A DNA stretch of 64,000 nt from Histomonas meleagridis 2922-C6/04-290x (taxonomy: Eukaryota; Protista; Parabasalia), in assembly GCA_020184695.1 (NCBI GenBank), contig JAANOX010000149.1, positions 205,958-269,957 of the forward strand. Direction: 5' to 3'. Positions 1-11,384 of this stretch are shown piece after piece (the first letter of the stretch is position 1; every line of letters starts with the position of its first letter). Both the position numbers and the translations under genes were made by a program. The notes below the pieces were generated by a model. The model searched no databases. It worked only from the letters and a program-made list of their open reading frames with translations, and was not told the DNA's origin.

Positions 1-472
1 TGTGTCCGCAACTTTCAACATCTGAGTCATCCATGTAAGAGTCGATGGATCTTGAACCACAGGCAGCTCCACTAGACCAAAAAATATTTGAATTTCGAGC
101 TCCGCTTTGACCACCAGAAGTCCAGCAGGCAAGACTTGTATCATCAAGATAATGACTAAACAGGTCATTAGCCTCCATAATTGTGCATGCTTCCATTTGT
201 TCTTGGATGACTTCTGCATCTGTCGATTGAACTAATTCTCCAAGACCACATGCATAACGGTAGAAGTTCATGTAATTAAGTGCGTCTTTTTTATCTTCCT
301 CTGTTTGGGTTCCTACACCACATTCATCTTCACTTGGAATATGACAAGTTGTAGCTGTTCGTACGTGGAGAGTATTATATTTTGAGCAAACTTCTTGAGG
401 AGTTCTGTTTTCGAGCTCATCCCATGTGATAGTAGTTATTGATAAGCAAGTACTGATAAGCAAAAACAGCAT
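1..472 (-). CDS. 5' part of a CAP/SCP-domain secreted or surface protein, paralogue of 61331-63880, truncated by the window edge
   Basis: Manual translation from ATG at 472: MLFLLISTCLS...RTPQEVCSKYNTLHV...DALNYMNFYRYACGL...FSH...SYMDDSDVESCGH. It is open to the window edge and colinear with the N-terminus of the 63880 gene. An Inr-like TCATTTT lies just upstream of the ATG. Missed by the ORF track. Confidence 0.85.
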   Translation of the reverse strand, partial: MLFLLISTCLSITTITWDELENRTPQEVCSKYNTLHVRTATTCHIPSEDECGVGTQTEEDKKDALNYMNFYRYACGLGELVQSTDAEVIQEQMEACTIMEANDLFSHYLDDTSLACWTSGGQSGARNSNIFWSSGAACGSRSIDSYMDDSDVESCGH

Positions 473-597
473 TTTGTCAAAATGACAGTTCCCATTCAAA
501 AACTCGGACAAAATTTCAAAACGTATTGATTCCATTCAAAAGGCCCCACACAGTTACCGGAAAGAATTCGTTGCAACGGTTTATATCAGTTCGGATA

Positions 598-912
598 AAA
601 AACCGCGACATTTTGATCGGCGAAAAACGATAAGGGAAATTGTGAGAAAATGTTTAGACAATAGAAAAAGTGATATAGATGTATGAAGATAATGTTTTCA
701 GTTTTCAGTAAATAAATATGTAAAAGATCAAAGTTGGAAATTAAAGATTTCAGGCTATTTCGATAGATAAAAAATTGTTACTGTTATTAAGTAAAAATTT
801 GCTAAGTAAACCACTATCAGAAGAATTAAGGCTTTGAATACAAATTTTGTTGTCTTGAACGATATGGATATTTTTTCACAATTTTATTTATCGTTGTCAT
901 GTCGCGGTTTTT
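598..912. mobile_element. MITE-like non-coding element with long imperfect terminal inverted repeats
   Basis: Perfect 14-bp inverted repeat AAAAACCGCGACAT (598-611) / ATGTCGCGGTTTTT (899-912). It continues inward imperfectly (AACGATAA..AAATTGTGA.AAAAT.T...AGACAA) for about 60-70 bp. No ORF and no TSD identified. Confidence 0.5.
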
Positions 913-971
913 CGGTTTTTGTGAAAACTTTTGTGGTCATGCCGATAGGGATTCGAAACATCTAATAATTT

Positions 972-1852
972 ATTGAGTTGTTAAAATTCTTCTTGAACAA
1001 GATTTAATCAATGTTAACGCTTATGATGATTATATTTTTAGTTTTGTGTTTATTTAAAAAATTTGATAGTATTTCAATATTTTTTTTACAGCAATATTAA
1101 TGATGGCTTGTAAGAAAGGTAATATTGAAATCGTTAAATTACTTTTAGCTAGAAAAGATATTCAAATATTTGACACCAATGATTATTAATATAATGTGAT
1201 GTTTTGCTTTGATGATTTTATATTTAAAACTTATGTTTGTAATTTAAACATAATATAAAAATCAGCACTTACAGCAGCATCTTCAGGAGGTGATATAGAA
1301 ATAGTCAAATTACTTCTTGAAAAAAAGGGAATTGAAGAATGTTGGAAAGGTTTTTAATTTAATTGTTTAGAATTTATTTATATAATTTTATGTTTCATAT
1401 TATTGTATTATATTAAATCAAAATATTTGGAATGGCAATTATTTCAGCTTCGGGATCAGGTAACATAGAAATAGTTAAATTACTTCTTCAACAAGAAGGA
1501 GTTGATATCAACTTTCAGGGTATTTATACATTTGATTTCCTGTTTATTTTATATTTTTGGAATTCTAAAATAACACATGGAAATTATTTGATTTGTTTAG
1601 AACTGCACTTATGTATGCTTGTCAAACAGAACATATTGAAATTGTAAAATTACTTCTTGAACAAGAAGGAATCGATGTCAATATCAAAGACATTTGATAT
1701 CTTTATTTAAAATTTATTTTGATAATTAACTATTTCAAAATAATATTAGAAATTTATTCGAACTATTTTTTAATGCTCTTCTAATTGCATATGAACTTAA
1801 TAATCAAGAACTTATTGACATAATTACAAAACATGGAGGAAAAGTTAAATAA
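972..1852 (+). pseudogene. Ankyrin-module array fragment; near-identical inverted copy of the 3' part of the 46399-48763 gene, lacking its N-terminal DUF3447-like domain
   Basis: Modules at 1091-1180, 1262-1351, 1432-1521, 1602-1691 and 1772-1852 (ends TAA). Interruptions of 63, 81, 80, 80 and 80 nt. Aligns to about 46335-47280 on the minus strand, including the 3' flank. Confidence 0.8.
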
Positions 1853-2201
1853 AAAATCATTTTAACAATATTTTAAAAATAATTTTTCAAAATTATATTA
1901 ATTTTTAAAATAATTATATGATTTTTACAAGTATTCGATAAAAATTAAGCTATTAACCAAATGAAAAATAAAAATTTTATCGATACGTAAACGGTCATGA
2001 CCGTTTATTAATTCAAAACAATCTTTTTATTCCTCAGAGCTTCAAATTTAAACTATTTATTCCCTAAAATATGTGGATACAATTACATCCAATATAGAGA
2101 TAGTTTAGTAAAAAAAAACATTAATATTTCTGATTCATTTAGTTTTTTTTAAGCAAAAATGAATAAGCAGACGTTTATAATTTTTGGCGCTTAATATAAT
2201 T

Positions 2202-5200
2202 ATGTATCTGAAGAGAGTTACGATTTCTGGCTTCAAAGCATTTGGTGATACTGTAGTATTTGGGGATTTTTCTTGTCAAAAAAACTGTATTTTTGGATTA
2301 AATGGTAGTGGAAAATCAACTTTCTTCAATGCAATCGAATTTGTTCTTCTTGAAGATTTTGCGCATATTCAACCTCACGACAGAGGGACCCTTTTACACA
2401 CAGGAAGTTTAACAGGATTCGTTGAACTTACATTTGATAATACGTCAAGAAGATTCCAAATTGAAAGTGATGAAGTCTCAATTAGAAGGTCTATTGGGCA
2501 TAAAAAAGATGAGCTTTTTGTTAATAAGAAACATATTACTAGACAAGATATGGTAAATTTATTTGAAATTGCTCGAATCTCATTAAAATCAGGTCTCTTT
2601 ATTATCAAGCAAGGCGCAGTTAAAGCAATATCAGAAATGAAAGAAGATGCTCGTCTTCAATTATTATATGATGTTACTGGGATCCGTTTTTATGATGAAC
2701 AACGTGAAGAATCCATCAAAATGATGGGCGAAGCCAGTATTAGAAAAGAGAAAATCCAACAATCGATCACCGAAATTGAAGAAAGACTTGATCAACTTCA
2801 AGAAGAAGCCGAAGAACTTCGGAGTTATAACCAACTTGATCGAAAACGTAAAGCTTTAGAATACTGTGTCTATGATATAGATCGATCAAATACCGATAAA
2901 ACCATTTTAAACATCGAAAATCAAATCACACAAGAAAATTCTGTTATTGATAAACTCAGAGAAGAACTTGAAAACATATCAAACCAAAGAACAGAAATTG
3001 AGCAAAATATTAATGAAAAAAAAGAAATTCAAAAACAAATTTTATTGGAACAAAATCAACGCGAACACAAAAAAGAGAAATTAATTAAAAGGAAAACGCG
3101 CATGCAGTTTAAAATGGAAACTTTAACAAAGAAAAAGCAAGATTCAGATCAAAATTTTTCAAAAGTTTCTAATCAATTAGAAAAATTAAATTCAAAAAAA
3201 CAAAGAAAAGAAAATATATACAATGAATATACACAAGAATGTGATAATTTGTTAACAGAAAAAATGAAGCTTGAAGCTTTAATTCCATCAAAGTCAAATG
3301 CAATTGATGAAGTACATCAACAAATTCAAAACATTGAAAAAGAATTATCAAGATCTCATGTAAGCGAATATGAATATGAATTAGATAATTTAAATCAACA
3401 AGTCTCTGATTTAGAAGAACAGCAAAATCAACAAAAAGAACAATATCAAATTATCAAAGAAGAATTGAAAAGTTTACAGAACGATAGAATAAATTCAATG
3501 AACCGAAAAAAAGAACTTTGGAAATTAGATAATCAAATCAAAATTCAACAAAGAGGATATTCAAGCAAAACATTCAAAGCGCAACAAGATTATGAGCATT
3601 TAATGAGTTCATCAGTCTCAAAAGCTATGCAATATATTCGAAAATATTATCAAGAAAGAAATGAACAACCACCACCACAAGTAATAGATATATTAGAATT
3701 TGATGAATCTCTTGATTTATCAATTGATGCAGTTGCTAAAGGAAAACTTTTTTATCTTATAGTTGAAGATGATATCGAAGCAAGTGATATATTAGAACAT
3801 TTAATTAGATATTCTGATGGACGAATTAGTATTATCGCATTAAACAAATTAAGATCAAATCGTAAAGAAATAGAAAGGACAGAACAATATTGTTCTTTAT
3901 GTGAAGAAATTAGATGTGAAGAGAAGTATATTCCAGTTATTGATTATTTATTTGGATCTTATGCACTTTGTTCTACAATTAATGTTGCATCAGATATATC
4001 AACAACAAATAATATTAATTGTGTTACACTTGTAGGCGATTTAATATATTCAAGTGGACCTTTAATAGGTGGTTATATACCTTTAAATCGATCTATTTGT
4101 AAATCAAAAAGAAAAATCGAACATTATAAATTAGAATTAAATGAATTAGATGAAACATTAAGAAAAACTAATGAAGAAATCGAAGAAATAGAAAATAATC
4201 AATCAGAAATAAATAAAATAATTACGCAAAAAAGTTCCGATCAATTTAAGATTGAAAGTAAAATAAAATCAATACAAAATGAAATTAATAATATTCAAAA
4301 CAAAATTTCTAAATTAAATAATCAGTTACAAAATGAAAACGAAATGTTAAATTCAAAAGAGAAAATGCTTTTTTCATTACGTCAAAAAGAAAATTTAATT
4401 CTTGAAAAAGAAAATGAAAACAATTTAAGCGAAGATGAAATTAAAGAAATTCGAGAAAGAATTTCAAACATATCAATTGAATATACAATGAAAATGCTTC
4501 AAACACAACAAATTAAATGTGAAATTAATGATAATATTATTCCACAAATCAAGAAACTTACGAAAGATAAAGAAGAACTTGATTCATTTAAATTAAAAAA
4601 TCAAATTGAAGAAACAATTCAAGAACTTCAATCAATAGAAAACGAAGATGAAATTAATACACAACAATCAAATGAATCAGAAGAAACATTAAATCTTCTT
4701 CAACAAGAACTACAAAATCTTGAAAAAGATTTTGAGCATATTAAAAAATTAGAAAATTCAACACGTAAAAAGATATCAACAGAACAAAAAATTATTCAAG
4801 ATTTTAATAAACAATTATCACTTAATCAAGAGAAAAAAGATAATATCATACAAAAAATATCTTCAATATTACCATATCCTGAAGAAGAAGCTAATGAATA
4901 TAAAAATAAATCATATACACAACTAATGGAAGAAATGGATAACATTAACACAGAATTACAAAGTTATCGACATGTTAATAAAAAGGCTTATGATCAATTT
5001 CATCAATTTAACAATAAACGTAAAGAATTACATGATCGACAAAAAGAAATTATCGATGGTGAAGAATCAATTACTTCATTAATCGCTAAACTTGATCAAC
5101 AAAAAGAAAATGCTATTCTTGAATCGATTAATAAAGTATCAGAAAACTTCTCTAAGATTTATCAAATTCTTGAAGGCAAAAATGCAAATATTATATTAAA

Positions 5201-5621
5201 GAAACAAAAACTTGATGACAATTTTTATAATGATGAAGAAGAATCGACAACTATTGTTGGTATTGGAATTGAAGTCGACGGAAAAAATTTGGAAGAAATG
5301 AGCGGAGGAGAAAGAACAATTGTTGCAATTTCTTTGTTATTTGCAATACAACAAATGGATCCGAGTCCGTTTTATTTCTTCGATGAAATTGATTCCGATT
5401 TAGATGAAGAACATCGAATTAAATTGGCAAACTTCATTGATAATATGTCAAACATCGAATTAAATAAAGAAAATGCTGTGCAGTTCGTTTATGCAACTCA
5501 TAGAAGAGATTTGATGTTGATAAGTGATAAGTTCTTCGCAGTAATTCCTGAACATTCACAGAGTAAAGTTAAAATGGTCACAAAAGATGAAGCTGAAGAT
5601 TATATAACAAAGAATACATAA
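2202..5621 (+). CDS. SMC3: Structural maintenance of chromosomes protein 3 (cohesin subunit)
   Basis: Walker A GLNGSGKS, long coiled coils with a central hinge, signature MSGGE, Walker B FFDEID. SMC3-typical segments RRSIGHKKDE and RHVNKKAYDQF. First ATG is at 2202. Confidence 0.92.
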   Translation: MYLKRVTISGFKAFGDTVVFGDFSCQKNCIFGLNGSGKSTFFNAIEFVLLEDFAHIQPHDRGTLLHTGSLTGFVELTFDNTSRRFQIESDEVSIRRSIGHKKDELFVNKKHITRQDMVNLFEIARISLKSGLFIIKQGAVKAISEMKEDARLQLLYDVTGIRFYDEQREESIKMMGEASIRKEKIQQSITEIEERLDQLQEEAEELRSYNQLDRKRKALEYCVYDIDRSNTDKTILNIENQITQENSVIDKLREELENISNQRTEIEQNINEKKEIQKQILLEQNQREHKKEKLIKRKTRMQFKMETLTKKKQDSDQNFSKVSNQLEKLNSKKQRKENIYNEYTQECDNLLTEKMKLEALIPSKSNAIDEVHQQIQNIEKELSRSHVSEYEYELDNLNQQVSDLEEQQNQQKEQYQIIKEELKSLQNDRINSMNRKKELWKLDNQIKIQQRGYSSKTFKAQQDYEHLMSSSVSKAMQYIRKYYQERNEQPPPQVIDILEFDESLDLSIDAVAKGKLFYLIVEDDIEASDILEHLIRYSDGRISIIALNKLRSNRKEIERTEQYCSLCEEIRCEEKYIPVIDYLFGSYALCSTINVASDISTTNNINCVTLVGDLIYSSGPLIGGYIPLNRSICKSKRKIEHYKLELNELDETLRKTNEEIEEIENNQSEINKIITQKSSDQFKIESKIKSIQNEINNIQNKISKLNNQLQNENEMLNSKEKMLFSLRQKENLILEKENENNLSEDEIKEIRERISNISIEYTMKMLQTQQIKCEINDNIIPQIKKLTKDKEELDSFKLKNQIEETIQELQSIENEDEINTQQSNESEETLNLLQQELQNLEKDFEHIKKLENSTRKKISTEQKIIQDFNKQLSLNQEKKDNIIQKISSILPYPEEEANEYKNKSYTQLMEEMDNINTELQSYRHVNKKAYDQFHQFNNKRKELHDRQKEIIDGEESITSLIAKLDQQKENAILESINKVSENFSKIYQILEGKNANIILKKQKLDDNFYNDEEESTTIVGIGIEVDGKNLEEMSGGERTIVAISLLFAIQQMDPSPFYFFDEIDSDLDEEHRIKLANFIDNMSNIELNKENAVQFVYATHRRDLMLISDKFFAVIPEHSQSKVKMVTKDEAEDYITKNT

Positions 5622-5824
5622 TTGTTGATCTTGTTTTGTTGTTTAATAAAATGTTTGAAATAATTTTATTTTCAATTGTGTAAAAAGGGCAAATTCGACA
5701 TAAAATCTTTAATTTTAATACAGCATTTTCGAGACGGTTACGAAAAAAATCAAAACAGTCGCAAAAAAATTCTAAATGGTCGCAAAAAACTCAAAAATTT
5801 TATAATATGTCGTTAATTTATGTC

Positions 5825-6000
5825 TAGGGTTGGAAGCAACTGGGCCAATGGCCCAAAAGTGACAACAAATCTTGGCACTGTGGCCTAGGTACCTTGGCCC
5901 AGGTCATTAATGAGGGACCACGGTCCAATGGCCCAGGCCCCTGATGGGGTACCTTGGCCAAGATGATCAAAAGTGACAAAGGGACCTGGGCCAAGGTTTC
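5825..6000. repeat. GC-rich subterminal repeat block, probable left end of a hAT transposon (begins TAGGG)
   Basis: Direct repeats GGTACCTTGGCC (5888, 5948), CCAATGGCCCA (5845, 5925) and CAAAAGTGACA (5854, 5968), plus about 7 TG(G)GCC cores. Lies just upstream of the hAT BED-finger ORF. Confidence 0.6.
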
Positions 6001-6740
6001 TTATTCAATTGACAAACAAAAACCCAAGGTTTACAATTTGCATAAAGCTAAATTGAAATATGTTTCAAAATTTTGAATAACCAATTAATAAAAATCTCGA
6101 GTTTTGTGATGTTACTTTTTGAATAATCTTACAAAAATTGGTTTCTTTTTATATTTCAAAACCGTATTCAACCAAATATTTGAAAAAGTTGGATCATAAA
6201 ATATTTTGAAAATGTTATATTCAAAAAGTGTTCAGAATAAAAATGTTATATAAAAAATTGAATGTGAATGTGAATTGAAAATAATTTTTTTGAAAGGCAA
6301 GTAAAAACGCTTCGCATTAATTCAATGTGCACAATATCAATTTACTTTACCACGATGAATAGTACAATGATCGTGGGAGAATTACAATTACCAGATGAAA
6401 GAGGTATTGATCACGCAGTAGTATTTGAAAAAAATAACGAAATATATAAACTTTACAAAGACAATGTTCGGATAATTTCATTTTGCGAAATCTGTACGAA
6501 ATATCTGTGTACAGACTATAGCACTATATTTGATCATTGTCTCAGAAAACACAAAAAATTAGATAATGTAATTTAGCAACACAAAAACAGATTATAAAAT
6601 TTATTTTATTTAACAACCAATATTTAAGTCTGGTTGACAATCTAGATCTTACAAATTTATTTGCTTTTGATGTAATTTACAGAAAATCGATTTACAATAA
6701 TTTGGAAATCTCTACAACAAAAGTAAAGCAATCAATCAAG

Positions 6741-7669
6741 GGTTCATACTGCGCTCGCATAAAACAAGTTTTAGTATAAAATATTCGAAAAATTTATAGT
6801 TTTTAACGTTAACTTCACTATTCAAAATGATAGAGGGTTTTCCATCTCTTGATGAGATTCAAGCAATAACTCAAAATGAAGAAATCGCCCTTCAATACCT
6901 GTCCCTAATTGGTGTCATAGATCTCAACAAGCCATGTCCAAAGTGTGGATCATTTGGTTTTCCAAATTATCTAATTAAAAGGTGCACACAAAAAGGATGC
7001 AATACAAGATATAGCGTTAAAAAAGGTACTTTCGTATTTTCGAAAATTGTCACTTAGAAGTAAAATAAATACTGAAGATAGCATATTTTTGGTTACTCAA
7101 AACAAGTACTCAAAATATGGTTCAAATGTTGCACCATTCAGAACACACAATCACTGAACTGGTGATGCGCTTGGATGAGCTTGTTAAACAAATGATCGTT
7201 AATCAACACCCAAAAAATAGGAGGTGAAGGAGTTATTGTGGAAATCGATGAATCAAAATTTGGAAAAAGAAAGTACTTCAAAGGTCATCACGTGGAAGGT
7301 GTTTGGGTAGTAGAAACTGTTGAAAGAACAGCTGAAAAAAGAATCTTTGCAACAACAGTGACGAGCAGAGACAAGGATACAATCAAAAGCATTATACATG
7401 AGTTTATTATTGAGCCAGGATCTATCATCTATAGCGATTGCTGGAAAGCATATCCGATTGCTATGCAGGAACTTAACGTGTATCATAACATGAACCTGAG
7501 CCATCAAACAGTGAATCACTCCGTTGAGTTCAAGAGCAAAGATGGCGTGTGCACGAACACTATCGAGGGGAACTGGAACGGAATGACCAGCAGGCACATG
7601 ATATAGAATTTTTTTACAATATCCACTGTTTGTGTGCTCACAGTAATTTTCTCGGTTGTGCAAAAGATT
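6741..7669 (+). mobile_element. Merlin (ISXO2/IS1595-like) DNA transposon, frameshifted, inserted in the hAT transposase
   Basis: N-terminal CPKCG zinc ribbon (ORF 6827-7057) and VEIDESKFGKRKY...IYSDCWKAY...VNHS...TNTIEGNW (ORF 7238-7606). Starts GG. Flanked by the 8-9 bp direct repeat (T)CAATCAAG at 6732-6740 and 7670-7678. Removing the element plus one copy restores the hAT frame (KQSIK|KIFTEY). Confidence 0.85.
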
Positions 7670-8503
7670 TCAATCAAGAAAATTTTCACGGAATATCAGT
7701 ATTTAACAATATATTTTGATGAATGATTCAAATTTCAACATAATTTTCTAGCCATTACAGCTTCATCATGTGATGCAATGTTTTTATTGAATTTGATCGT
7801 TCCCAATGTCATTCAAAGGACAAAAGATGTTATATCTCATTATGTTACGGACACAATAAACTATTACAATATATAAAAAAAATTTCATTTCAATGTAGTT
7901 ATTGCGGAAGCAATGTTATAGGGACATGTAAAGGTATCAATATTTTTCCTTGTTGTAACCATATTTTGAATGTATGTATAGACGATAGGAACTCTTCATC
8001 AGATTTATTCTCTGAAGCCATTGAAGTCGTGAAATTATTGAAAATTATCAGAAATATTGAGCGAAAAATAAGAAAAGTTTTATTAATAAAATGTTCCATT
8101 TCTATCGATAAGTGACTTGCGTATTATTGATGCATTCAGTGAATTCTTCATTGGAGTTAAGAGTATGATGTTGAATCTTGAAAGAGATGACCCAGAAACA
8201 ATTTTTTGGGCAATATCCAACATAGCTACAATTTATTTTGATAATTGTGATATCTTAATTGAACATGGATAGTACTGGTTAACCAAATTGAATACCGAGA
8301 ACGTTTATTGTTTGTGTTGCTTTATCTCAATGAATAGCTAAAATAATTGAATACGAGCTATTAATATAACATTCCTTAAAATAGCTTTATTCATACTGAA
8401 ATTTATATCCGGTATTCTGATAATTTGAATAAGATTTGAATATTCGAAATTAAGCAAATTGAATGATTTATGTAATCTCTTATATTATGTATATATTTTG
8501 TAT

Positions 8504-10076
8504 TATAGTGCAATGTTTGAATATCATTCTAATGCGAAATAATAATAAAATAAATCTGCAAAAACAATAACAAGTAGCATTCAATGCTGGTGCTGGCTTA
8601 TCAACATGGGAAAATGCAAATATATCAAATGTTTCAAAATCATCAGTATCAAGAATTTTACGAATAATGAAAAATGGGGATTAACTCAATTTTAATATGA
8701 TACATTATCTCAATTCAGATATCAACTTGTTCTCATGATGAATATCATTAAAAGCCCTCATATTACAAATATACACATATGATTTTTAAATGTCTGAATC
8801 TACTGTTAGTAGAATTGCCAATTCTCTTGGTTTCAGGACAAAATATCAGCAATCAAAAGAAAAACTATCAGACAAGCAAAAACAATATTGAATCAGTTTC
8901 GCTCGAGAGATCCCTCTGACTTTCTACTACTTATTACCTTGAGTTTTTTTCGATGAATCGATTATTTCAGATAGAACCCTCTAGAAAAAAAGTTCGTGTT
9001 CATCCTTTACTCGATTTTGATGAGCAGTTTTATGATAAATAGGGGTACCCCATTAAAATTATGGTTTGAGCCTGTATCGGCAAGAATTTTGAGAAAAAAT
9101 TAGTGAAAATTGATGGAAATTTAAATGCTGAAAAGTATCAAAAATCGCTGGCAGAAAACCAAATCTTTGAAAAACTCAATGACAGATTTGGTCCAAAAGG
9201 TTACATATTCCAGCAGGACGGGGCCAGCCCGCACAAAGCAAAGACTACAAAACTCTTTTTATATGGAAGGGCTACCTTACTTGCAGATGACTCAAAATGG
9301 CCATCATCTTCACCAGATCTCAATCACATTGAGATCTGTTGAGCGATCTCTAAATCCAGGCTACAAACCCAAAAAATTAACAATGCAGAAGGCCTCTATC
9401 TTGCTGCATCTGAAGTTTGGGACAATATTGCAATTAGTACTATTAATTTGCTGATTAATTCTTTCGATGCGAGATTCAAATCTTGTATAATTATGAAAGG
9501 CGAAAGCCTCAACGGAAAAAAAAACCTTATTTCATTATACAAGAAATCCATCGAAGATGGAAACAATTACATTTTACAAAAAATTGAAGATAAGATAGGA
9601 ATTGAACGATTTGTAGAAGAATCCATTTAATATTTTTATCTATTAGTGAAAACCAATTCAAATGAAGTACATATTAAATTGTACCTCAAAAACTGTTAAA
9701 AATGGCACAGATGCCAAAACCATTTCATATTTAACAATAAAACTTAAGTTTCGACCATCGAACAAGCTAATGATTTGAAACAAAAATTCTCATCTGAACC
9801 GTTGAATAACATTCAATTCTTATGCAGGAAGGTTGAAACACTTTTGAATGCTTTTGAGTTAAATTAGAAAAAGTTTGTCCTGAGGGTTATGAACTGAGCT
9901 TTACTATATCATAGCTTTTTGCCAATAACCGTTTATTTTGAGTATATTTATCACGAACGAAATAAAACTTGCAAATCTTGAAATACAGCGTCTAAAAAAC
10001 AAAATTCTGAAATTAAAAAAGCAAAACAATGCATTGTCATTGAATATACAATATTTGAAACAAAAATTGCATTATA
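8504..10076 (+). mobile_element. Decayed IS630-Tc1-mariner element with a DD37E transposase
   Basis: HTH-like NVSKSSVSRIL at about 8630, *VFFDES at about 8950, FQQDGASPH...WPSSSPDLNHIE (9103-9342) with 37 residues between the second D and the E. Candidate TA-flanked 16-bp TIR, 14/16 match (8504-8519 / 10061-10076). Confidence 0.75.
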
Positions 10077-11384
10077 TGATGAAAATATTTAACCCGAAAT
10101 TTTAGATATCAATTCCAAATAACCTTTATCATTTTCCCCATTTCATTTAGCAATTGCAATTGGGAATCAAACAATTTTAATCGAAGTTCAATTTATCATA
10201 ATCAGTACATCGAATATATTAAAACGATGAAAAAAAATATTGTTGACAATTTTTTTTAATTTCTCCATGAAAAATTTGATTTTAATATGGCGAAAGTAAT
10301 AAAATATTCAGCTATTATGAATCAACTTATGCAGAGCATTTGCGAAACTATGAAAACGACTACTATATTCAATGAAAAATCCGAAATAAAATATGTGATA
10401 TTTTAAAAGCCTAATGAAGAAATATATGAATAAAAAAAAAATTAATTACAATAATGTTTTTAAATTCGTGTATACTTTATTTCATCAATAATAATATTGT
10501 TATATTGGGGAAACTTTTTTTTGAATTTCATTTTAATCGATGAATATATTATCGACATAATATGATATTAATTTGTTCAAAACGAGTAAAAATATTTTTC
10601 GCGATACTTGAGTTCTCCCAGTTCTACATGGGTTCGAAATAGCAGCAGAAATATTCAAAAAAGGACTTATTTTGATAAAATCTTAAAATACCAAAAACAT
10701 AATTGTCTGTATAATTTATTGATTGGTGTTTTATTGAATTAAGTTCTTAATTTTCAGCAAATTTTATTTCCTGAGGAAGATTTACTAAATCATTTTAAAA
10801 ATCTTAATTTAAATTTATGAACTATTTATTCGTAAAATATCCTGAAGCATTCAGTAAGGTAAATAATAGTAATAACCAATTCGTGAGAAGGGGTCAAATT
10901 ATCGATACCAGATATCAAAATGTAACTGATAAAATGATCGCATCAAACAATGAGAATGTAGTGGATATTGTTCAGTGGTGGGAATCACAAAAAGATTAAA
11001 TGCCTGTCTTATACGCTCTAGCAAAAAAAATTATATCTTTCAGACCTACATCAGCAAGTGTTGAGATAATATTTTGTCAAAAAAAATATGTAGGAATGAA
11101 TTTTATAATAAAAATTTGAATTTTAATTTATTCATCAATTTTTTTTAATTTTTAAGAATCGTTTTCTCAATATGGTACAAGATATGATTAATTCAATTAT
11201 ACCGAAATAATCCCTATTTGTGCAGATTAAAATGATATTATTCATTCTCTATTTTGCTAGAAATTATCAAAAATTGAGCATATAAAAAAAAGATTTTTTT
11301 ACTTATCTGATGGAATTTTATATTGTTTTTGGGATACATATTCTACACAATTTACTCTTTAATTTTTGGTGATTAGTTTTCTTC

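Larger units (their letters stand above)
5825..11080 (+). mobile_element. Decayed hAT-superfamily DNA transposon interrupted by nested elements
   Basis: BED-like finger CEIC...HCLRKH (6325-6576). YFDE*..NFLAITA first catalytic Asp at about 7718, then YVTD, then PCCNHILN CxxH motif at 7948-7970. C-terminal dimerisation motif DIVQWWESQKD*MPVLYALAKKIISFRPTSASVE at about 10960-11060. Many stops and frameshifts; right TIR not found. Confidence 0.75.

Noticed and set aside
944-962. tRNA T-loop-like GTTTCGAATCCC on the minus strand (also GGGTTCGAAAT at about 10630)
   Set aside because: No T-stem, acceptor stem or D/anticodon arms in the flanks.
1520-1600. Apparent GT..AG intron (GTATTT...TTTAG) in one interruption
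   Set aside because: Its 81-nt removal leaves the next module out of frame, and the equivalent positions in other interruptions lack GT/AG.
1432-1647. Short ORF-track ankyrin peptides (1432-1647, 46604-46819, 47194-47388, 54501-54686, 34424-34630) as independent genes
   Set aside because: Each is one module plus read-through into an interruption. They are treated as parts of the interrupted arrays; independent translation was not excluded but has no promoter support.
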